NCBI RefSeq assembly: GCF_009914755.1
Contig: NC_060935.1
Source of the DNA: the human T2T-CHM13v2.0 reference genome, Homo sapiens
Strand: one strand, 5' to 3'
Length of the DNA stretch: 64,000 bases
Part shown: piece by piece, positions 30,240 to 43,960 of the stretch
How the letters are laid out: each line of letters opens with the position of its first letter
Position numbering within the stretch: the first letter of the stretch is position 1
Translations under genes and position numbers: made by a program
The notes under the pieces: generated by a model
The model's database searches: none
The model's input: only the letters and a program-made list of their open reading frames with translations
What the model was told of the DNA's origin: nothing

Positions 30240-30575
30240 TATAACCAAGTCTGCCACACACCTCATGCTTTGCCACTGCCTGAAATGTCCTCATTAGGCT
30301 GTTGCACATTTACTTTCTAGCTTTTCTAGAAGCAGCTCAGTCATCATTTCCTGCTGGAAGCCAGGTCTTCTTTGTGTCCTTCTGCTCATCTGGCCCATGC
30401 ATGCATTAATCAATAGGCCAATTCCAGTCTGTTCCACTCATTTATGTGCCTACAGGTCAGTCTCTTCTAAGTCATGAGTTTCAGTGAGGTATAAAGTAAG
30501 TCTGATTCATCTGTGAATCCCAGCAGAGAATTTTACCACATAGTAGATATTCCATAAATGTTTGATGAGTGAATG
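30240..30575 (+). mobile_element. L2 3' fragment
   Basis: Ends CATAGTAGATATTCCATAAATGTTTGATGAGTGAATG, the L2 3' terminus. Confidence 0.6.
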
Positions 30576-31169
30576 TATTAAATGTAAAGATGAATGGCAT
30601 TTGTATTCCATGAAGCAAAAGAAGAGCTCTGCAGTTATTCAATTCTCTCTTTAAGCAGCATTTGCCATCTCTCCTTATGTCTCTCTACCTCAGACAATTA
30701 ATATTTCAAGCTCACCTCCTGAAAACAGACTATAGAAAATGACCAAGATCTAGGGAAGAACAATGGATATGGTCAGAAAAGATAAGTATGAATTATGGCA
30801 CTTCCATCCTTATCTCCTAGGGTCCATGTCAATTCACTTTGCTTGCTGAGTCTCTAATAGAGGCTAAAGTCAGCTCAAGAACAATATTAAAAGTCTCAGC
30901 TTTAGTGTCAGTTCAGCTCCCAGACAATGGCCATGTGATGTCCAGCTACATATTTATTTTGACTCAATAATATAAAATATTCAGTGGAGTAGCTTATAAT
31001 AATACTTTTTACCACATAGATTAAAATATATTCAAAATGTATTCAATCCATCAATTCTTAATTGGCTATGCTAATAGAAGACAAAACTGTATGTTCTGCT
31101 TAAAGTGGTAACCTCTCATCATGCCCTCATTGAAACAAATTATATTTTTTAGACATGATAAAACTCAAT

Positions 31170-31421
31170 AATTACTTCTGAGAAGTGTTTCTGGCTCTTC
31201 CAGTCTAATTTAAATGCCCTTCTTTTCTGCCCTCATTGCACCTTTGTCTTTCTTATCTTTCTTTCCCATAGCATCTGCCATTGTCCTGTGTGCCTTGATA
31301 TATTTGTCTCTGTTTCCTAGTAAGTCATAAGTTTTGAGATGACAGAAGCCATGTTTTACCCACAGTGATTAATGCCATCCCTATACATAGAAGATGCTCA
31401 ATCAATGATGTTGAATGAATG
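31170..31421 (+). mobile_element. L2 3' fragment
   Basis: Ends CATAGAAGATGCTCAATCAATGATGTTGAATGAATG. Confidence 0.55.
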
Positions 31422-33174
31422 TCATACACATTTAATCGAGTTTGACAGAGACCTGATATTAGTATCACAACAGTGAAACAGTTAAGTAGTCATAAGCACT
31501 AGATTTAAGCCATCTTGCAGAATGATAATTCAGATAGCCAGAAAAATATTTATATGAAGTGAAATAAAGTTTTATTCACCATTAGCACAACGAAGGCTGG
31601 GCTTGGGGAAGGCTTATTTGTAAAGAGGTGATTACAGAAACCTGTGAAGAGGAATCTCAACCTCTTTCCAACTTTGGGAAATGATGCCTACCATAAAATT
31701 ACCTCTCAGTTAAATAATGAGTTTAATTTTAAATAATAGGCAATGTCTTGCTCATTTATATTTTTATAGCATTTCAGAATTAAAACAATTACTGTAATCC
31801 AAAAATGACAGGACCAAAAACAAGAACATGTTTCATTCTATGCCTTTCAACTCAGAAGACCCTCAAGAATAACTATAGAAAATAATACTGTTAAATTACA
31901 ATGCAGTACTATTTTAGGAGGGGAAGGGAAGGGTGTCAAACCATTATATCCAATTTGATAGAATCTTCTGGCTTGTCATAAATTATAACTTTGCATCATA
32001 ATACTTTTTATAATACGCTTATACATTTACTAAATTAACCAAAAAGAAATGGTAAGCTCAGAATTACCGTGACTACATAATTGACAGTACATTTTTTCAA
32101 GTTATTAAATAAGCTTTTATAAACCAGCTGTAGTCAAAAGATTTCTACTTACTTAAAAAAGAGCTAAAAGACCGTCCTTGTTTAAGGATTCATAGATACA
32201 GGAGCAAAAATACGATAAATTATTTTCTAATTTCCTCTAGTGAATTTGTTGTCAGCGGAACTAGGAAATACAAAATATCTAGAATAATTTGTAGGAAGGA
32301 AAAGCACTATTATAATTTCCATTAATATTTTTTATTACAGATTTCAAGTCGGGAGGCTTTTTCTTGGTCAACTTACCTGTCATCAAACAAAATTAGGCAG
32401 AGAAACAAAAGGATGCAAAAAGTTTATTTTCTATTATTTCCCTATCCGTGAAAAGCTTTTATAACCATGATTTTCTCTATGTATTAGAAATCATTTTTGT
32501 AAAGACAAACCTTCTAAGTTTGACCCAAGTCACTTATTTGTGTCTTTGCTCTTCTGAGAGTTGTTTTCATATAAAGGAAGATCTAAAATTCTGTGTATTT
32601 CTCAGTCTTTACAGCATGAATGTGATTTTATTGACGCATACTCTATGTGCACATTGATTTCAAAAGAATATGATACTAGTGTCTTTTATTAACTCTCATT
32701 AGTCCATAAAAATATATCTTTAGCTTTATCCTTAATATAATCTCTTACATTTACATAGCATTTAATATTACTTATTCCACATATTTTCACTTCAGACATT
32801 TTGATATGCTAATGGAGCCACAGCCACTGATTTCATACAAATGATATTTGATTTCTAGTAAAAAGCGTTAATATTAACTGTATTTATTTCTCCCATTATG
32901 GGAGGGTCTACCATAAAATTTAAGTATACCTTTAAAATTAGAGGGTATTTACTCATCTCATCTATGTGATAAGGAGTATGTGTCTTTATTTCTGCTCTTA
33001 AGGAGTTATAATGTCACATATGCAAACAGTTTTGTTAGCAGCATATGATAATATATGCGCAAAGAGTCAAAGAAAGGAGATATTAATATAGGTGTGAGGG
33101 GGCATAAATATTTTATGAAGTAGAATATACCACATCAAGATCTGGAAAGGAACAGAAGAAGAGAGATAAAAAGT

Positions 33175-33640
33175 AGAGTTCTTAACAAAGCCCGCAAGGC
33201 TCTACATCGCATAGCTCCTGCTGTCTTCTTGCACAACGAGGTCCAGCATGACTTCAGAACAGAGCCTGCTAACATGCTGATCCTTCCGCCCAGAATGCTG
33301 TTCCCTATGCTTCACCTGTTAAACCCATCACATGGGACTTATCTTTAATATTAATTTCTTAATAAATACTTTTATTGAGAGCGCCGGTTCCAAATGTAAA
33401 CAAGGTCCATTTGTTTTGTGATCATTACACCCTCTATTCTTCCTTAATAATTTATAATACATATGATTTTATAAATATTGTATATTTATGAAATAATGTG
33501 TGTGCCGTATATCCTTACTTAACAGACAACTTCATGAATTCAGAGATTTTGTCTGCTATATTCCCCTATATTCTGTATTCCCAACACCCAGAAGAGTGCT
33601 CAATATGTTGGAAGAATTTAGTATATTTTGTGAATAGATG
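33175..33640 (+). mobile_element. L2 3' region
   Basis: CAAGGCTCTACAT, CATGCTGATCCTTCCGCCCAGAATGCT, and a terminal TATTTTGTGAATAGATG. Confidence 0.6.
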
Positions 33641-33699
33641 GAAGAAAATGGAATGCCAAAGAGTACAGCAATAGACCATTTAAATCCTAACAATTACAT

Positions 33700-33920
33700 T
33701 ATGGTGTAGAAGAAATACCATGGATTTTGGAGCCAGGCTACCTTTGATGTAGACATTTCCTCTGTGATATTTCAACTATGCAACGGTACTGAATTGCTCT
33801 GAGCTTCCACTTTCTCCTAGGTAAAATGAATGTGACCATCCCATCTTGCAGGTTTGTTATTAGGATTTAATGAAGGAATGAATGCAACATGCCTAGTACA
33901 TTGCCTAGCATACAATAATT
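33700..33920 (+). mobile_element. MIR
   Basis: CTCTGAGCTTCCACTTTCTCCTAGGTAAAATG...TTATTAGGATTTAATGA is the MIR core. Confidence 0.65.
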
Positions 33921-34013
33921 TCTGATATTTATATACAAGAATTACCTATATAGTGATGTGCTTGCAATACTCATTAGTAATAATACTTTAAAATGATTAA
34001 ATTTGAAATTCAA

Positions 34014-34355
<342 letters not shown>

Positions 34356-35174
34356 TTATTGTTTATGTGAACTAAAGTTTTCTAATATCCTTTTCTATAC
34401 CCTGCAAATTGACTTAGCAAACATAAACTTTTAGTAGATTGTTTCTGTTTTGTCTAACTATTCAATTTGGTTACATGTTATAGTTTTTCATTGCAAAGCT
34501 TGGGGAAATTTTTTACCCAACAGGTGAATCTGAAGAGGGTTGGGAGCAGGTAAGAAAAGAGAAACATACTAAATTTTAATTATTAAAAAATGACAAAATG
34601 CACAGAGAATCCAATGACATAAACTTGTTTATGAAACTTTTATGGCTAAAAAAAGCATAAATTTGGCAGACAGTGTGAAATAATTTCTATGTTACTATTT
34701 ATATTTTTGTCTATGGGTAGAAATTTTAAGCTCTTAAAAGTGCTCATAATCATTGACCCAATATTTTCCCTGGCAGAAATTAAGCTGTAGAAAATAGCCA
34801 TAGATGCAAAGAATTATGGAAAAATATCTCATTACATTATTATTAAATTACCAAAACCTGAAATCAACACAAATGTCCAGTATTGGTATCCTAACTTGTG
34901 ATAGTTCTGTACAATGAAATATTCATTAAAATAATAATTACAAATAAAATAATTACAAACATGATAAATTGCTTATGCCATGATGTTATATAACACAATA
35001 AAAACATTGCATGTTTTTATATATTAACATAATTCTATAAACACCATAAAACTGAAAACTATATTTTCAAAAAGTTCTTATTGAGAGGCTTATGTGTAAT
35101 TTGCATTTTCTTCTTTGTACCTTTCTGCAATTGAAAAGCAGAGGTTTTCCTATCAAACTAATGTCTGTAAGAAA

Positions 35175-36598
35175 CTCAAAGATTGAAGTTGGAAAACTCA
35201 CATTGTCTAACCTCCATAGGTATTCAAGGGTACAGCAATCAAAAAAGTGTGGCACTGGCATAAGGATAAACATACAGATCAATAGACATATAGACATACA
35301 AAGAGAAAAGAAGAGAGAAACTAGAAATAAACTCACATACACATGGTTAACTGGTTATCCACAGAGGTTCCTCGGTAATTAATTGAAAAAGGGATTGTGT
35401 TTTTCAATCAATATTGTCAGAACAATCTGATATCCATGTACCAAAAAACAATAATAACATTAACCATACTTCACTTCAAATATAAAATTGAATTTGAAAT
35501 GTATTATATCCCTAAGTGTAAGGTAAGGGCATAGCATTTCTATAAGAAAACATGAGGCAAAGTCTTTGTGACAGTTTAAGCAAAGATGCATGATTCATAA
35601 CATTTTCAAAAAGATAAATTGTACTTCAACAAAATTAAATACTGTTGTTCTTAGAATGATCCTCTTAAGAAAATGAGAAGACAAGCTACAAATTTTGTGA
35701 AATTATTTGCAAAGCATAAATCTCATGCAGATCTTGTACCCAGAAAAGTTTTGTATAGAGAATTTTTACAACTCAACAATAAGGAGACAAAAAGTTTATA
35801 AAAATTTGAAAAAAAATAAATACATCTTTTACATACATAAATAAAAAAGTAAGGAAAATTATCACATGAAATATGTTAAACGTAGTAAGTCATTAGGGAA
35901 AGATATAAAAACATAATGAGACACCTCTATATGCCTACTACATTGGTTAAATTAAAGACTGACACTATTAAATGCTCTTGAAGAGGTAGAGCAACTGAAA
36001 TTTTCATACAGCGCTGATGGGAATATACTTTGAAAAAGTTTCAAAGTATGAAGTTAAACATAAATAGATCACATGACTTAAAATCCCACTCTTAGGTATT
36101 AAAAATGAAAGCAGGTATCTTTGAATATTCATAGCAGCTTTATTCATAATAGCTTAAATGTAAAAACAATTCAAATGCCCATCAGCTGGTGAATATATAA
36201 ACAAATTGTACTGCATCCACAGACTGAAAAACTACTGCACATTAAAGAGAAAAAAGTACCTGAATATACAACAACATTAATAATTCTTATAAGCATTATG
36301 CTAAATGAAAAATGCCAGAAACAAACATCTACATATTGTATGACTCCATTTATATACATTCTAGATAAAGCAAAACTATAGAAACAGAAATCAGATAGCA
36401 GTTTTTGAAAGAAGTATAGTTAGGGGATCGGCTGCAAAATGGCATGAGGAGACTTTGCAGCTGATGGAAATATTCTATATATCTAATTTATAGTGAGTAC
36501 ATGGCTGTATATATCTGTCAGCTTCATCAGTCTACATATTAAAAGGGCAAACTTTACTGTGCTCTATATTATATCTCAATTGACCTGACTTAAAAAGA
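35175..36598 (+). mobile_element. L1MD/L1ME ORF2 end and 3' UTR
   Basis: AAAGTGTGGCACTGGCATAAGGATAAACATACAGATCAAT and TTCATAGCAGCTTTATTCATAATAGC, then an ME-type 3' UTR. Confidence 0.72.
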
Positions 36599-37139
36599 GA
36601 AATTTGTTTCTTCACAATAAATCTTAATAATAATGATGATACAGTTGTAATGAACATTTATCACATTACAATTTATAAATAAACTTCATGTAATACTTCT
36701 CCTGAATAGTTATTGCTGTGAAGGAGATAGCATTTTTTTAATCATTTTTACAGTTATGGACACTAAATGTTAGAAATTTTAGGTGATTTTTTTTCTAAAG
36801 CATACTAACTGTTATATGGAATAACTAGGCCTAAGATGCAGCCCTACTGAGACTCACTTAGAATGATAAGTGGAAGGAGCATGAATTTTTCACTAGTAAA
36901 TATGTAAGTTTGAATCCCACAAATGCTTCTAAAATATACGAAAAATGGGCAGAATATATATAATCTTTCTGATCCTACTTAGCCAAATTTATTATCATTA
37001 TTAAAGAGATGAGCTTTACAAAGTCTCTAGTACAGTGCTTAGGACTTATTAGGTGTTCTTTCCTTATTAGTTCCTGTTCTTCACCTTGATACTACACTAC
37101 TCTTCCATTAGCCACTGTTGAACAAATAATCTCTCTTAA

Positions 37140-37950
37140 TAGCACTGCCACCACCCAGTCATCCAACTTAGAGCCCTGATAGACAAATAGCCTCTACCCC
37201 TCCCACTTTAAGAATGTAACTTCATAGCAGGCAATGTTTGAAACTCTTTCTAAATATGTCTTGAGTTCCTCCTATGTTATCCTTTGTCTCCATAATTTCT
37301 CTAGTTAAAGCTCTTTTGTTTTTTCTTTTAGAGTTCTGAAATTGCTTCCTACCTAGTTTCCAGACTCTGAAAACTCTTTGTATTACTACTAGACTGAGCA
37401 TCTTCAAACACAGATCTGATCATCATTCTCTTACTCATCACCATTTATTAGCTTGCCATGTACTGCTCATATGAATTTTAAACTTAGTAGCGCTGCATAT
37501 GAAACTCTTCATGACCTGATCCTTCCCTTTGTCTTCAGCTTCCAAACCTAACTCTCTTACCACCGATATCCAGTCCTACAGAACTTGTGACTTATCACAG
37601 TGATACATGTTCATCCTAGGTCTGTCTTTACCCTAAGACATTTATTTCTCCCCCGTCTCCTGGGCTAAATCACTGTTGTCCCTTCATGACCAAATATTTT
37701 TCGACTCCAGAAAGGGTTCTCTGACTAAACAAAAGTATGCCAGTTTGCTCTTTTTCTGGGTTCACATAGCATTCTGTGCACAATTCTATTACGGAACTTA
37801 GGACTTCCTGTTAACATTATAAGTTGCCGCATTTATCTGCACCCACTTGTCAATAAATGCCTTGAGATTAGGAACAAAGTATTTCTCATGTTTTTAACCC
37901 CAGATTTTAGAATGACACTTGATTTAAACATATTGTTAATGAATAAATTA
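37140..37950 (+). mobile_element. L2 3' region
   Basis: CAGATCTGATCATCATTCTC and CTTCATGACCTGATCCT; ends TATTGTTAATGAATAAAT. Confidence 0.6.
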
Positions 37951-39249
37951 ATAATATATGAAATTATTTCTGCTGTCTCCAAGTTTATTTGGTAAAAATG
38001 AAACTTCTGCACCCAATTGTTTTCATTGTCTATTTTTGCAACAACATAGGAAATAGTATGATCTTTTCTTTCTCTTTATATATTCAAGTCCTTTAATAAT
38101 ATTCATTATCTAAGAAAGGGGGTCAAGACACAGCAAAAATAAAATTAAACTTGATGTCGGAAAAAATATTAACATTTCTTGTTCTATAAAAAACCAGTTA
38201 AATATCTGAGTATTTCTCTTAGCTTCTCTATGTTTCAGCTTTCTCACAAACTAAGAGACAATCTCTGATGTTAATTCTAACTCCAAAGTGTTGCCATCTC
38301 TCTATTCTTTACTATTGTAAAGTCTAATAACCTTATTTTCTAGGACATGGTTTTAATTTTTCTATTCTTTCTTTTCTAGGCTACAGAATCTTTTTTTTGT
38401 AGGATTCCTAGTTACCTAAGATATAAAACACAATGTGTTGGCCTTCTAAATTCTGCTTTCTTCTCTAAGTTTGTAGCACACTATTGCTAAATCATTTTTG
38501 TGTCAATCTCTTGAAACTGTCATCTCTCTATTTCAGTGAGTCTCCTTTGCCCTCAGATCAAATACCGCTTCTCAATGTTACCTTCAAAATGTTGAAACTA
38601 GACATACTCTGTCTCCTTTCTTTTGTCTCCTTTTAACCTTATTCCTTACTCTGCTTTTCTTGGCAATCCCAACTCCTGTCTAGCAGCATTTTGGCCATGT
38701 TGCCCAGCACACCCCTGTTCCATCTTTCTATTCAGTTAAGTAAGGGTTCAGTACCTATCTCCTTCAAACACTTGTGTCCAATTAACCCTTTTTCTCCTTT
38801 GACCTCACAGGGCTCCTGAGAAACCAATCCAACTCAATGTAACAAGTAACTAATAATCTGGCAAAATACACATATTGTCAAGTTCATAGCACAAAATACA
38901 GTCATTTAAAGAAGAAAATTGCTTAAATATGAAATAAACCCAGAAACACCCAGGTCTTGGTCTCAGATTTGTTTTTACTCCTCCTGGAGGAAAGCTTATA
39001 ACTTAAGTGATGCAGCACCAGACTCACCAAGCTTTCCAGCACTCCTGAGAATCTAGTAGGTGGAATCTCTACACGTGTTTAGCTATCTGATAAATGCATA
39101 GATTTCATGTGGGTGATCTTTACTTTCCAATTAAAATATATATATATAACCCTGTTCACTAATACTTTTAAAATTTTTTTAAAAATCAAAGAATATGAAC
39201 TCTTCGGCAATGTGGCCAAAATATTTTCACATGTTAACAGCTGAAATGG

Positions 39250-39395
39250 GCTTGATACATCATATAGTTAAAAACTCACTGTTTTACAGATGAGGAAATT
39301 GAGGCATGCCAAAGTGAAGATATGTATTGAACCTCTCACTGTTTTTAAATAGAAAGCCAATATTAAGGCATTTTTCCAATGCTCAGTTTCACCAC
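39250..39395 (-). mobile_element. MIR
   Basis: TTTTACAGATGAGGAAATTGAGGC is the reverse-complemented MIR core. Confidence 0.6.
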
Positions 39396-39812
39396 ACTTT
39401 ATAATTTTGGCTCTTGAATATGTTGTCAGAACACAGGCAGCCTAATCACATTATGGCAACTCTTCTTAAACTGATTTCTGAATACCATTGACAAACACTT
39501 GGTGGAAAAAGGCAAGGATAGCTTTATTATAACTAGCAGCCAACAGTACAAGGAACACTCCTGCACATCCGTATTTATGCCTTTCCTCATTACACCTGAG
39601 ACTTCATTAAAGAAAAAACGTAATAAGATTTGTATTAAAAAAAAAATTCTCGATATTTCTTAGTCTTGCTGTCACAACTTTACTGATGAAGTAAACCGGT
39701 AAATTTTGAGGCTTAACTTTTAAGATCAGTAATAAATGCTATATTGTTATTAGAAAAATTATTTAGAGGTAGTTATAGAACATTTGAAGTACATATAAGT
39801 TTTGAATTCTAA

Positions 39813-40156
<344 letters not shown>

Positions 40157-42049
40157 TAAATAATCTAGTGCTGTAGCTTGAAGATATGTCCCTAATATAA
40201 TTTTTAATAATATAGGTAAAATGGACACCACAAATAACTCCTTTTATATTTCACACCTGCACATACTAGTGACAGAAATTTGCTATACTTTTCTCTATTA
40301 TATCATCTTGAGAAACTTATCTAAGAGCCTGTTTTTTGTGTGGGATTTTTATCCCTGGTGTTCATAAAGTGAAGAAAACAGAAACTTGAAAGTTGTTACA
40401 TTTTTAAATGAATTTGCATCCTTTAGTTATAACTGTAGCTGCTATTCACTCATTAGTCAGTCAGGCACCAGGCTTATCAGTTTATATGTGAGATAACATT
40501 TAATAATTGAAACAGCCTAGACATTTATTTTATTATGCAGATTAAGAACTTATCCCAGATCAAAGAGTTTGTATTTTTATTTGTCCCAGATGTTGCTTAC
40601 TCCAAAAACCCATGATTTTGAAAAATAAAGTTACGTTAATTGATCATGCTGTATGTGCCTGGCACCAGTGCCAGCTCAAATGAGTGCGGAAGTGAACTAG
40701 GAAGTCTTGATCTTTACCATCCTCAAGGTTGCTACAGATATGAACATTTATCCAAAGAATCTTCTGTATTAAAAATAGTAAATGACATAATAATAGGAAT
40801 TTTTTTAATCCTAAAGAGATACATAGATATTGGCAATAACATTTATACACAAGAAAGTTTAACTGTTTTGAAATGGCAAAAAATTTTTAAAAATTAGAAA
40901 AATAAGCTAAAATACATTCCTAAACATATAACAACATTCTACCCTTATAAAATATTATGAAAGGATATTTAATTACAAGGGCATAATTTATTAATTAATT
41001 CATTCAGAAATGTTTGTAAATATATATATAATACTTTGGACACGAATATAATATATATATTTTAGCATGATTGTATGTGGACCTAACTGTTTCTTTAAAA
41101 GGTGTTTCATGTCTCTGTAAAGTCTCAAATTTAAATATTCTTCTAAATGATTTTATAAAGTTATCTGCTAACCACAAATATACAATAAGCAGTAACTGTA
41201 ACTATAGCAATTCCTCAGGGAACAAACATATTTTTAGATCTCTACATTAGAAATAGCATATTTGAAATACTAAGTCTTTGGTAATCTCTGAATAAAAATT
41301 ACACATATCAAAATTTTAATACATTATTTTCTTTTGTAGAAAAAGATTATGTACATTTTTTATTTTATGAACCCACACATAATAAATATTTGCACCTTCA
41401 TTAGTCATGAAACATTGATGTGATATAAAGAGTTTCAAACCAGAAAGACATATGACCTAAATTTAAATTTGGGAATTATACAATGGCTGGTGGTATTTTT
41501 CAGACTCTTTTCATTAAAAGGGAAGGAGCATAATACTTAATTTGTAAATTGATGACAGAAATTTCAAGAATTTGTTAAAGAACCTGGCATATGATAGACA
41601 CTCAATCAAAATAATCCTAGGAATAACTATAGTGCACAGTTGAGTGTCTTTACAGATGATCAATAAAAGTTAACAATTCTTAACATCAAAGCATGAATGA
41701 ATTGTGTTCTTAATTCATTCATTCATTCATTTGAATGCCAACTACATTCAACATCAAGCTTATTCCAATCCCTGGGCTACAATAGTCCCTATACCTGAAA
41801 TGTTCCTTAAATATTCAAAAGTCTGACTGTATCTTCCTTGACAATCCTTAAAGGGTAGCATCCTTTTATTCTCTGTTCCCTTGTGCTGTCATTGTCTGTC
41901 TGACAGTTTATCATTTATAACATTTGCTTATCTCTGTTGTATGATTTCACTATACAGATGTAAGCTTTACAAGGTCTGAAGCTTATTTATATTGTTTACG
42001 GCTATACAATCAGTACTTTGAATTGTGTCAAGCATATTACATATATTTT

Positions 42050-43960
42050 TTACAGGAAATCTGAGGTCTTTATCATTATCGTCTTTCAATACATAATATG
42101 TCTTTCATTCTTCGGGATACTTTTAAGATTTTCTCTTTATTGATGATTTTGAAAATGTTTTATTATGCTGTATCTTGATGTCATTTTATTCATGTTCCTT
42201 ATGCTTTGATTTCATTGAGCTTTTTGGTTCTGTGGAGCTATAGTTGTTTCAAACAAATTTGGAATAATTTTGGCCATTATTTGCTCAAATATTTTCTCTG
42301 TCTATCTCTCTTTTTCAGGGAACACAATTGCACATATATTACATTTCTTGAAGTTGCCCCACAGCTCTCCAACGCTCTGTTTATTATCCTTAGTTTTCTG
42401 TTCTCTTTGTGTGGCATTTTGGATAGATACAATTGCTATGCCTTCAAGTTTACTAATCTTTTCTTCTGCAATGTCCCATCTGCCATTAATCTCATTGTTT
42501 GAATTTTTCAGCTCACAAATTACAGTTTTGACAGAAATATACTTTGGGTCCCTTTTTGTCTTCCATGGCCTACTTAACTTTTCATACATATGAAATAGAG
42601 TTATCAGAACTATTTTAATATAGTTGTCTTTTAATTTAACATCTGTGTCCATTAAGCCTTACTTTTGACTGATTTTTCTACTCCTTAGGGATCATATTAT
42701 CTTGCCTCTTTGAAAACCAGATAATTTTTTGGTTAGCATTGCCAGACATTGGCATTTTTACTTTGTTTGTTGAAGGATATTTTTGTATTAAGTATCTTTA
42801 ATTAGTACTTTATATTTCATATAATAAACCTCAAGCATATATGTGTCTGTAAGGGCATGTGTATGTGTATGTCTTTGTCTATATATTCTCGGGCTGTATT
42901 CTACTTAGGATATTGTAATATATATGTATATGCCATATATAGATATACACATATTATAATATCACATGTATATACACAGATATACACATATTACAATATC
43001 TTAACTAGAATACAGCTCAAAAATATACTGACACTATATATATACACACATATATACAATATGTAAAGTAATAGTGTACAAAAATATTTGTCATCATGTT
43101 ATAAAGAAAATGATCCTTGAGTATATATATAGCGTGTGTACATATATATATAATCCTCTAATATGTATAGTATATTATTCCTATAGTGTATACATTATAT
43201 ACTCTGTATATACTCCACAGATCCTATAGTATATAATATATATAATATCCTATTCATATTTTTCAGCTTTATTCTAGGATAAAATTGAGAGATTTGGACG
43301 TAGTTTGATCTTATCTGGCCTTGCTCTTAGGATTTGTAAGGGAGAACAAGAGTAGAGCTCAGTCTCAGGATAATCTTTCCCCACTACTGAAAAAAGATTC
43401 TTCTGTGTACTCCACATGATGCTCTGTGAATCATGAGGTTTTCCATCATAGCAGGTGGAAATAGACCACAGTTCAGCCTTATTTGAGTGCCAGATACTCT
43501 TCTCTATAAGCCTTTCGAGTGTTTACTTTCCTAGCCTCAGAGAGTTTCCCCATACAGGTAATACTGATCATTACACAGCAGAATACTCAAGGGGGCCCTC
43601 TACAGATCTCTGGAGTTCTCCTTCTATGGAGTTCTCTCCTTTCTGGTGCTCTGTCCAAATTCTGGCAGTCTTAGTCTCTCTGGACTCCCATGTCCATATT
43701 CTTCACTCACAGAGCTCACCAAGCTCTGTCTCGACTTTCCCTTCTCTGCAGCACAGTATAGGAGCTTACTCAATGCAGTAAAACTAGCATTCAACGAATT
43801 GACTTTAGTTGTTTCCCATGTCTTAAGGATCATTGCCTTCATCATGTGATGCCTAATATTTTGTACACTATTACTTTATGTATTTTGTCTGTTCTCAGTT
43901 GTTTCAGGGAAGAGTACAGCTGTTCTTCATTACTCTAAATTGACCATAAACGGAAGTCCT
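42050..43960 (-). mobile_element. Old L1M (MC/MD-type) 5' UTR and ORF1 N-terminus
   Basis: ORF 42302-42652 gives an ORF1 coiled-coil peptide (ELKNSNNEINGRWDIAEEKISKLE..LWGNFKKCNICAI). The 5' UTR is homologous to 12.0-12.7 kb. An AT-rich insert interrupts it at ~42796-43250. Confidence 0.75.
42882..43027. repeat. Inverted repeat, 40-bp arms (35/40 matched), 66-bp TA-rich spacer
   Basis: 42882-42921 versus the reverse complement of 42988-43027, aligned by hand. Confidence 0.85.
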
